DNA of 64,000 nucleotides from Octopus vulgaris (Eukaryota): contig OX597829.1 of NCBI GenBank assembly GCA_951406725.2, positions 47,492,001 to 47,556,000 of the forward strand, written 5' to 3'. The first letter of the stretch is position 1, and each line of letters opens with the position of its first letter. This document shows positions 54,765-64,000 of the stretch, in pieces. The notes under the pieces were generated by a model. It searched no databases. It saw only the letters and a list, made by a program, of their open reading frames with translations, and was not told the origin of the DNA. A program made the position numbers and the translations under genes.

Positions 54765-55260
54765 GTCTCATACTCCATAACGCACCCCTGAAAAAAGTTT
54801 CTCTTGTTTACAATGTCTGAGCACTGAAATACTCGAACCTAATGCGTTTCAGCAAAATATTTTCCGTCTGTCATTAACATGTACCAGTAATATATTGATT
54901 TTAGTTCAGAGTACCATATACGTTTTTGCGGAAACAAAAATATGTTTCCGTACAAAGTGAATTTTTATTGCTGCTAATAAGAAAATCGATGGTATCTTGA
55001 GGTTTGTTCGTGTTGATAGGGAGAATGTTTGGCAAACACAAATATATATTTCCAAAATAAGAACGTTTAATTGTTTCCGATAATGGAATTAATTCTGTAG
55101 TCAATAAATGGACATTTATTTTTATGTGGTGGTTGTTCCAAAAGAGGTTTACATTTCCTGTGTGAAATAGCCACAACGTTGTATAACCAGCTACTTAAGT
55201 TTCAGACAAAACGCATTTGGCATTTATTTGAATCAACACAGCTTCCCTGGACCATCGAAA

Positions 55261-55436
55261 TTTAGCTGCTAGAATGCATAATAGCTGGAGATCGAGTTAA
55301 CCATTTGAGGCAAGAGAAACCGGTTCAGGAATGATAACAATGCAATTTAGAGAGTTTCGATTTTATGCGATGCTATCAAATATATTGATGTATTTCCATG
55401 TCGCATTTCAATTTTTAATTCAACTCATTTACGACT
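55261..55436 (+). repeat. About 175-bp dispersed direct repeat; partner at 57257-57433
   Basis: tttagc.gctagaa.gcataatagct...gagttaaccatt...gctatcaaata.attgatgt...atttcaatttttaatt...tcatttacga is present at both sites. Confidence 0.8.
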
Positions 55437-55576
55437 TAGAGACTTGTAGTTTTTTTCGTTTTTTTATTCGTATATACATACTATTTTATAGTGCCAACGA
55501 TAACTTAACAACGAACTATATTGTATTTGCTGTACATGGTGACTAATATATATATATAATTAAAATTATATAACAT

Positions 55577-55748
55577 AGACGCAGGAGTGGCTCCGTGGTA
55601 AGTAGCTTGCTTACCAACCACATGGTTCCGGATTCAGTCCCACTGCGTGGCACCTTGGGCAAGTGTCTTCAACTATAGCCACGGGCCGACCAAAGCCTTG
55701 TGAGTGGATTTGGTAGACAGAAATTGAAAGAATCCCGTGTATATGTAT

Positions 55749-55798
<50 letters not shown>

Positions 55799-56014
55799 TT
55801 GTGTGTCTGTGTTTGTCTCCCAGAATCACTTGACAACCGATGCTGTGGTGTGTTTACGTGCCCGTAACTTAGCGGTTCGGAAAAAGAGACCGATAGAATA
55901 AGTACTAGGCTTACAAAGAATAAGTCCTGGCGTCGATTTGCTCGACAAAAGGCAGTGCTCCAGCATGACCGCATTCAAATGACTGAAACAAGTATACAAG
56001 TAAAAAGAGTAAAG
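55577..56014 (+). mobile_element. SINE family A
   Basis: Full-length copy. Confidence 0.85.
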
Positions 56015-56298
56015 ACTAACCCTTGTACAATGACAGTTTCATTTGTAGAATTTATTTCAATTTATCGTTTCTATGCGATTGAAATATCTTCACTAAATTT
56101 TTTCCAAACTTCTGTTTTTGTCCTTTATTTATATTTTCTTTTCCTTTTCGTAGAACGGATATCTTTTTTATATATTTTCCTCTCTAACATCATGTGAGTG
56201 AATATTGGCTAAGTGAATTATCAAACTGTAAAATTCTGTTAACTATAACTTAGATATATCAGTATTTTACCACCTTTTTTTTTCTTCCCCACCACCAG

Positions 56299-56369
56299 AT
56301 ATGAAAGAAAATCATGAACTTCGTGAACTTCTTTACATGGTTTTAGTAGCAGGAAATTATCTGAATTCG
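56299..56369 (+). CDS. INF2: Inverted formin FH2 exon (post, GNYLN motif)
   Basis: caccag|ATATGAAAG...AATTCG|gtaagt, 71 bp, phase 1 to 0. Translates MKENHELRELLYMVLVAGNYLNS, containing the FH2 hallmark GNxxN. Confidence 0.94.
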
Positions 56370-56404
56370 GTAAGTTGAATTTATTATTGTATTAATCTGA
56401 GTAT

Positions 56405-56440
<36 letters not shown>

Positions 56441-56441
<1 letters not shown>

Positions 56442-56820
56442 CAAATTAAGGACAACTACTTAATAAAACATATGCATATATACATACATATATGTACGCA
56501 CCTACATCTACATGTATATATACATGCATATATGGGTACAGGACACCAAAAAACGTCGAACACAATGAGAAACGAAAACATAAACACAAAACCAAGGAAA
56601 TGGACATTTTTCTTAAACAACGAAAAAATAGAGTACTGGACATAAAACACAAGGAAAATTCCCCTTCTTCAGTCGCCTCTGTTTCATCTGCTCCGCATTT
56701 CGAAGGTAAAGACGAGACACGACTTCGTTGAAACATTCCTTCACGCAAAGGCAAATTAAATAAAATTTGAGATTTTTGCGGGGAGGGGGGTAAAAATGGT
56801 AACAAAAACAGGACAGTTAT
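56441..56820. mobile_element. Unclassified insertion in (TA)n with duplicated junction
   Basis: (TA)n-gcaaattaag...actact occurs at both 56409-56460 and 56819-56865, bracketing about 380 bp of non-simple sequence. Confidence 0.35.
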
Positions 56821-58017
56821 ATATATATATATATATATATATATGCAAATTAAGAGAAGACTACTCCAACATAGAACTTACAGCTTTCTGGTCATCCTAA
56901 CAATCTTAGCATGCTGAGTCACTGAGGTCAGACTTCCTGGTCTAAAGAGTGGAATCAGATCGTGCAGACACTAACTTTAAAATTATTAAGTGCAGTCAGA
57001 AAAATAAGGCCTGCAGTGTCAAGGATCGGTTTACGTAACCTCTAGAGGGCGTGATTCTCTTCTGCATGACCTTTGAATACGAAGAAAATGCCATCGTCAC
57101 CATGTATATGCATATGTGTGTGTGAGCATATGTATGTAAGCGTTGTGTATACACACACGTATGCTTATCTTTTGGTGTTGATACCAAATCAAGTACTGGT
57201 CTCGAATTCATCGACTCGACCTGTCGAATCGATCTTACCAAGTGGATCTATCATAATTTAGCAGCTAGAACGCATAATAGCTTGATGCCGAGTTAACCAT
57301 TCGAGACTAGAGATATCGCTTCAGGAAAAATATCAATGCAATGTAGAGGGTTTCAATTTTATCCCAAGCTATCAAATACATTGATGTGATTTCCATGTTA
57401 TATTTCAATTTTTAATTGCATTCATTTACGATTAAGCAGAGTAAAATAAGATTCATAGATTTGGCTTTTTTTTTTTTTTTTTGGCATTTTTCAGTTTTGT
57501 TCCAATTGTTTTCAAATTTAGTTATACCGATTTAGTTTTGTATGCTAATTATCAACAGGAAATTTCCTTTTGTCATAAATTAATAAATAAAAAGTTGATA
57601 GCTTTTAAAGTGTGAAAATTTTGGGCGATTTTAGCAAATCGGAAGCCAATATTATACAACCTGATTTGGATTCAGAGTATAAGATTACATTAATATGCCG
57701 AATTTGAAAATTTTCACTTAATTCTAAAATTTCCAAATCTGTTACCGCCACCGGAAAGATTCGGCAAAAAAAAAATTTAGTATGGCATGGTAAAAATTCA
57801 GAATATTTAAAACAAAATAAGATACGATTTATATCACTGTAACCATTTGCATGACAGCTGTTTCGAATAATCTAAGCTATTTTAAATGAATTTAAAATAT
57901 CATTGCATAAATACTTTTGTGTGTGAATGAAGGAACGAAGGCTACCGGGTGGTTTTCCAGATTTTCCATTTCACTTGTATGCCAGTAGTATTTAGTAACA
58001 TCGTTTGTATATTTCAG

Positions 58018-58125
58018 GGTAATTATGCAGGAAATGCAGCAGGTTTCAAAATGAGCTCCCTCTTAAAAATTACAGAAATTAGGGCCAACAAACCAAGAAT
58101 GACTTTATTGCATTATGTTGTAATG
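58018..58125 (+). CDS. INF2: Inverted formin FH2 exon (post); the gene continues beyond the last exon found
   Basis: tttcag|GGTAATTAT...GTAATG|gtaaat, 108 bp. Translates [36 protein letters not shown], an INF/FHDC1/form3-type signature. Confidence 0.94.
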
Positions 58126-58589
58126 GTAAATAAATTTTTTTATTTAATCTTTTTATATTTCTTTCTCTCTCCACCACTAATCCCTATATACCCTTTCTGT
58201 TTTCCCGTTAATCTTTCCGCTTACATTCCATTCATTAACCCTATTACTCTATCAATTTTCTCTTTCACTGTCTCAAACACATTACGCTTGGAAGATCAAT
58301 ATTATTTTTTTTTTCTCTGAAGATCGTCCAAATTTACCAGCACTGATAGAATAAGCCTATAACTAAAGATGTTCCAGCTAGCCAACCACCCATAACCATT
58401 CTAATATTTTTCATACGTATTGTGTATCTAAAATTGTATTATCCTTTGAATGAATACGTGCAATGCTTAGAGTAATGTGCTTAAAAATGTTGTACCGAAA
58501 TATTTTTAAAATATTAACCTCGCATTGAGATAAATACTTCGATAACGCTTTCATAACTACAAATTAATATCTACGTTGCCTTAATAGTA

Positions 58590-59004
58590 TTTCTACCATA
58601 GGTACAAGGTCTGAAACTGATCGGTTACATGACAGGTACTTATTTTATCGACTCCGGAAGAATTAAAAACAAAGTCGACCTCGACGGAATTTGAACTCTG
58701 AACGTAAAGACGGACGAAATGCTGCTAAGCATTTTGCCCGGCGTGCTAACGTTTCTGTTAATCTCAAAGCCATTCGTTGCCTTAATATCCTTTCTACTAT
58801 TGGCACAAGGCCTGGATTTTGCGGAGGAGCGGGGACAGTCGATCATATCGACTCCAGTACTCAACTGGTACGTAATTTATCGACTCCGAAAGGATGAAAG
58901 GCAAAGTCGACCTCGGCGGAATTTGAACTCGGGACGTAACAACGGGCGAAACACTGCTAAGCATTTCGTCCAGCGTGCTAACGACTCTGTCAGCTCACCG
59001 CCTT
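58590..59004 (-). mobile_element. Two older SINE-B copies in tandem
   Basis: The central domain and head are repeated twice. Confidence 0.75.
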
Positions 59005-59557
59005 ATGCCTTAATATCGTTACCTTAATATCGACAAAGCTTTAATAACTTTTAAAAATATGTTCAATAGTACAAGCGTATGTACGCAAAGAGACATACAC
59101 TAAAGCATGTTCTGAAAATGTATACACGCAGTTTACTATCAGCTAGTTCCCAACAAGGCAAAGAAAGAGATATGTAAGTGTGTATACACGCACGCATATT
59201 TTATACAGGCATTGACCAGGCGTGGCCGTGTGGTAACAAGTAGTATACGACAGGTATTTTTTTCAGTTTCAGTCATGAAATCCACTCACAAGACTTTGGT
59301 CAGTTTGAGGCTATAGTTGAAGACACTTGCCCAACGTGTCTAACAGTGGGGTTGGAACCATGTTGTTGAGAAGCAAACTGCTTTCCACATCGTTGTATTT
59401 TTTCGTTCTCATTTCCCATTGAAATGACAAAAAATATCATCCATCTTTATACTCTGACTCTCTCTCCTTTTCCATCTCCCCCTTTCCCTCTCCGTTCACC
59501 ATTTCTAATCTAGATCGGTCTACCATCTATTTCTCTCTCTCTTTCTCTCTGTCTCTC

Positions 59558-59590
<33 letters not shown>

Positions 59591-60420
59591 CTAATAAAAG
59601 AAAAGTGAGAAAGAAGAAGAGATGCAATTGCAGTAAGGATAAATGTTATGTTACAGTGTTAGTGTTAGCATAGTCTTAAAATGGAAGAAGAAGAAGAAGA
59701 AGATTGCGAAGGACTAAACTATGTTATTGCCTCCCAAATCTTCCACGGTGCCGACTCTAAAACCCCTAACCCCCTCCCCTAGCAATTCACTGCACATACA
59801 AACCCGCCCACCACCTTACATACATATCCCTTCTCTTACTGGAACACTAACCCTGATGCCATTGTGCCAGCGCACCCCCTGTTGACAAAACGTGGTACTA
59901 ATCAAATGCCATACCGGTTTGTGAAGTCCACCAGGCTGGTCGGTCATATTTACTTTGTTTTGTAGCTTTTATTATTATTATGCTGTTTTTCCTTTTAATT
60001 ATTTTGTATTTCTTTTTCCTTTATTTTTCTCTTCACTTTCTTTAGAATGTCTGTTCTTGTTACCTTTTTGTTTTGTTTCGTTTTTAATATTATTATTTTT
60101 TGTTCTTTTTTTTTTTTGCTTGCTTGCTTGCTTTCTTGATGCAGTGATTATGGGTTGGTGTTATTGCGTTAAGATACTGGACAAAGAACGCTTAGCAGCG
60201 TTTCGTTCGTCTTTTGTTATCAGCTCAAATTTTGCCGACATCGACTTTGCCTTTCATCCTTTCACGGTCTTTAAAATAAAGTACCAATCAAGTACAGGGG
60301 TCGATGTAATTGACTAACCAATCCCTCAAAATTTCAGGTTTTGTGCCTGTAGTTGAAATAAGTTATTATTATTATTATTATTACTATTATTATTATTGTT
60401 ATTATTATTATTATTATTAC

Positions 60421-60453
<33 letters not shown>

Positions 60454-60454
<1 letters not shown>

Positions 60455-61007
60455 GAGTGAGAGAGCAGTGCATGCCGTGAAAGTGACACTGGGGTAAAAT
60501 ATACGAAGCCCAGTATATCCTTATGACTACCCGTCTGATAAGGGTACACCAGGCACATGCATCACAACCATATATGCGCGGCATGGTGATCTCATGTCAA
60601 GATAAGCAGCACATGACCTTGCAGGTGGGGCCCAGTTAGAATTTTGTTCAGGTCGAGTAACCCATATCGCTCAAAAGGTCCCTGAATAAGGGTTGTTTAA
60701 GGATGTTGAACGAAAAACCCATGTTTCCAGAGGTGAATTATTCAAACCCCAAAGAATCCCTCTCAACACATGGCTATGAAGCTCCCCTACTACTTCTGCT
60801 CGTGATCAGAGATGCACATATCGTCAGCCACTAAGGGGCATGCTCAACTGGTTAAGGTCAAACAACTGACAAGCATATCTCTGGTATTGAGCAGAATATT
60901 TGCTGCAGACCATCTTTTATACCAAGACAAAACAATGTACATGATAACACTTCCAATCAGTTAAGATCAGAAGCCATGAGAGCCACTGTCTGGTACTGCA
61001 TCGGAGC

Positions 61008-61010
<3 letters not shown>
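60454..61010. mobile_element. About 560-bp interspersed repeat (family D) embedded in (ATT)n
   Basis: (ATT)n on both sides. Other copies occur at 47105-47610, 27091-27360 and 25475-25508. Confidence 0.8.
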
Positions 61011-61067
<57 letters not shown>

Positions 61068-61464
61068 GGCAGCGAGGTGGCGGGCAAGCTGGCGGTTATT
61101 TTGTTGGTTGGTTACTTAGTAAGTTGGCTGGCTGACTGGTTACTTGGTTAGTTACTTAGTTGGCCGGTTATTTTGTTATTTGGTTACTTAGTTACTCGGC
61201 TGGTTACTTTGTTTGTTAAGGTTATTGGATGTAAAATAATGCGATTAAAAAGAACTAGGACGAACTCGATAGACTATATTACTTCCTGAAATTACGCTGG
61301 ATGTCACACATTTTGGTACCTTCGAAGTTTGGCCACTTCCTTAAGTATATCTGGGACACTAATTCAAAATATATCAGCTGACGTCAAATATGATATATTA
61401 GCCCTATTTTTGGATATTCATTATATGTTTTTATACACTGATGTATCAGGAACTTCATTTGCTT

Positions 61465-61776
61465 AGGCGTAGGAGTGGCTGTGTGGTAAGTAGCTTGCTT
61501 ACCAACCACATGGTTCTGGGTTCAGTCCCACTGCATGGCACCCTGGGGGCAAATGTCTTCTACTATAGCCTCGGGCTGACCAAAGCCTTGTGAGTGAATT
61601 TGGTAGACAGAAACTGAGAGAAGCCCGTCGTATATATGTATATGTATATATGATTGTGTGTGTATATGTTTGTGTGTCTGTGTTTGTTCCCCCAACATCG
61701 CTTGACAACCGATGCTGGTGTGTTTACGTGTCCGTAACTTAGCGGTTCGGCAAAAGAGATCGATAGAATAAGTACT
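61465..61776 (+). mobile_element. SINE family A, 3'-truncated
   Basis: Head through gaataagtact. Confidence 0.82.
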
Positions 61777-62920
61777 GAGAGCCAAACAACTTACAGCAGT
61801 GATGGATTTTCAGCGTGACACAGAATGTGACAAGGTTGGCTCTTTGAAATATAGGTACTAACTCAGTTTTGTCAGATGAGTGGACCTGAGCAACATGAAA
61901 TGAAGTGTCTTGCTCAAGAACTCAACGAGCTAGCGGGAATCGAACTTACGCCCAAACGATCGCGAGCCGAATACGCTAGCCACCAAGCTACGCGTCTTCA
62001 TACACACCAAAATAACTTTAAAACATGATAAATTTTTTGCGGTCCGCTGGTGGTGGTGGTGGTGGTGGAGTGGAGAAGAGCGATAATTAACATGGGTCCA
62101 TACAATGAGAGTAATGTTTTGGATAAAACAAAGGGACAGAGGGAGACAGACAGACAGAAAAAGAGATGAGGATGGTAGAGGGGGGGAAATGGTTAAAGAT
62201 CTGAGAACGATTAAGATAGAGATGACTGAGAATGGCAATATGAGTTTAAGAGGAAGAGAGATTAAGAAAACAGTCTTTTGTAGCCAGGGAGCCTAATTGC
62301 TGATTCCCTGTTTATATGTTGCCCAATTTTCTGATGGTCTGACTGTGATAACAGTATATCAGTCTCGGCCTGGCATCCACGACTCGCCAGTTGAGAGATT
62401 TTACTTGACAACATGGAAAGTTTGGGAAATTTAACCTTAACAATAAACACAGTGAACAGTTTGGACTCATATTGAATGGAGCAAATGGCGCTCTGAACAT
62501 GTGGCCCTGGACAGAATACTGTTTTACTGTTGGTGTTATACTTGTATCAATAGTTTAGAGAGTAAGATAATTTTATGTAAACTACGGGCCGCAAGAAAAT
62601 TGCACCAACGGATTTGAACTCCCAAAACGTCAGTTCAATATCCTATCAAATAATATTTAGTTCCCTTCTCGAAAGATATTTGCTAATAAAAAAAATAATT
62701 GGTGTGTGTGTGTGTGTTTGCGCGCGCCATTGTTTGTATTTGCCGCTCCCACACCATTTGACAACCGGTGTTGGTCTGTGTACGTCCTCAAAAAGAGGCC
62801 TATAGAATAAGTTCAAGGCTTAGGGAAAAAAAGAATTGATTTGCTTGACTAAATCCTTCAATGCGGTGCCCCAGCATGGCCGCAGTCTAATGGCTAAAAC
62901 AAGTAAAAGATAAAATATAT

Positions 62921-63495
62921 AGGCGCAGGAATTTCTATGTGGTTTGAAGCTTGCTTCTCAACCCCGTGGCACCTTCGGCAAGTATCATCTGCTATAGCCT
63001 CGGGCTGACCAAAGCAGTGTGAGTGGATTTAATAGACGGAAACTGAAAAGGAGCCTATCGTATATGTATATTTTGCATGTGTGCGGGTATCTTTGTGTCT
63101 GTGTTTTATCTCCCACTCCCCATCATCGCTTGACAATCTGTGTCAGCGTTTTCGTCCCTGTAACTTAGTGGTTTGGCAAAAGAGACCGATATAATAAATA
63201 CTTGGCTGACGAAATGAATTCTGGTGTCGATTTGTTCGACTAAAAAACCCTTCAACGTGGTGCCCAGCATGGCCACAGTCTATTGACTGAAACAAGTAAA
63301 ATATAAAAGATATACTTGGATTGATTTGTTCAACTAAAACTCTTCAATGTGGTGCCCCAGCATGACCACAGTCAAATGAATGAAATAAGTAAAAGATAAG
63401 ATATACTGGGATTGATTTGTTCAACTAAAACCCTTCAAGGTGGTGCCCCAGCATGGCCACAGTTTAATGACTGAAACAAGTAAAAGATAAAAGAT
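62921..63495 (+). mobile_element. Old SINE-A with triplicated 3' segment
   Basis: The unit gatttgttc..actaaaa..cttcaa..ggtgccccagcatg..gaaacaagtaaaa occurs three times in about 63229-63495. Confidence 0.75.
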
Positions 63496-64000
63496 ATAAA
63501 ATATGTTTTAAAGAAAATGTTGTGGCTGAGGAAAGAGATGTTTCTAAAACTAAATTGAAAACTTCCGTTCATCATTGATGTCAAAAGAAGTCCATAAATG
63601 TCGTCGAGAGATAATATCTTCTATGCAGGGCAGGAAAAATAGCCACAAGGAAATTTATTATCCTAACATCAGTCTGTACTCTTCAGATGTGTGTATATGC
63701 GTGTGTGTGTGTGTGTGTGTGTGTGTCAGTGAGTGACTAAAGTAGCGTGTGTGTATATGCATTTATAACATAAGTAACTCTCACTCAATGTATAAGGGTT
63801 AAATCTGAATACACATCACAGAACATGTTTCAACAGAGAAACAAACGTACGCGCTTGTTTACGTACGTACGCACGCACGCACGCACGCGCGCACACATTA
63901 ACTCTCTAAGCATCATAGGAATATAGGATGATATCTATGACACTACTTAACGGTATCAATTCCATCAGATTCACAACTGCTAGTGATAGACGTGAACTTT

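Noticed and set aside
56650-56715. Permuted (type II) hammerhead on the minus strand (cttcGAAA...CTGAAGAagggg)
   Set aside because: No convincing stem I, stem III or NUH cleavage triplet could be built.
58072-58095. Arg (AGG) at the FH2 position that is usually the actin-binding Lys, suggesting a hard-wired A-to-I edit
   Set aside because: As recalled, IRANKP also occurs in other invertebrate INF/form3 proteins, so it is probably a family trait; an alignment is needed.
58126-64000. Next FH2 exon of the formin
   Set aside because: No segment with suitable splice sites and FH2 similarity was found; it probably lies beyond the window.

Overview
AT-rich, microsatellite-dense animal genomic DNA. 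The SINE families resemble those of octopus/coleoid cephalopods (inference). Most entries in the ORF track are artefacts of simple repeats or SINEs. The one supportable gene is an inverted-formin (INF2/FHDC1/form3 family) gene on the + strand. Nine coding exons were reconstructed by hand (26421-26580, 38431-38464, 41322-41466, 44637-45677, 49725-49889, 50717-50802, 53770-53870, 56299-56369, 58018-58125), all with GT-AG boundaries and compatible phases. They encode the C-terminal part of the DID, an FH1 with 25 consecutive prolines, and most of FH2; the gene's start and end were not found in the window. The non-coding DNA holds at least three tRNA-derived SINE families, three copies of a non-autonomous Helitron, hAT-type MITEs, a CR1 LINE 3' fragment, a repeat tied to (ATT)n tracts and several foldback elements. 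The most notable items are small Penelope-like cassettes carrying hammerhead-ribozyme motifs. One has an intact type I core (13249-13311, minus strand) and one is joined to a tRNA-like Pol III head (54381-54764). Repeat boundaries were read by eye and are approximate to a few bases or tens of bases.
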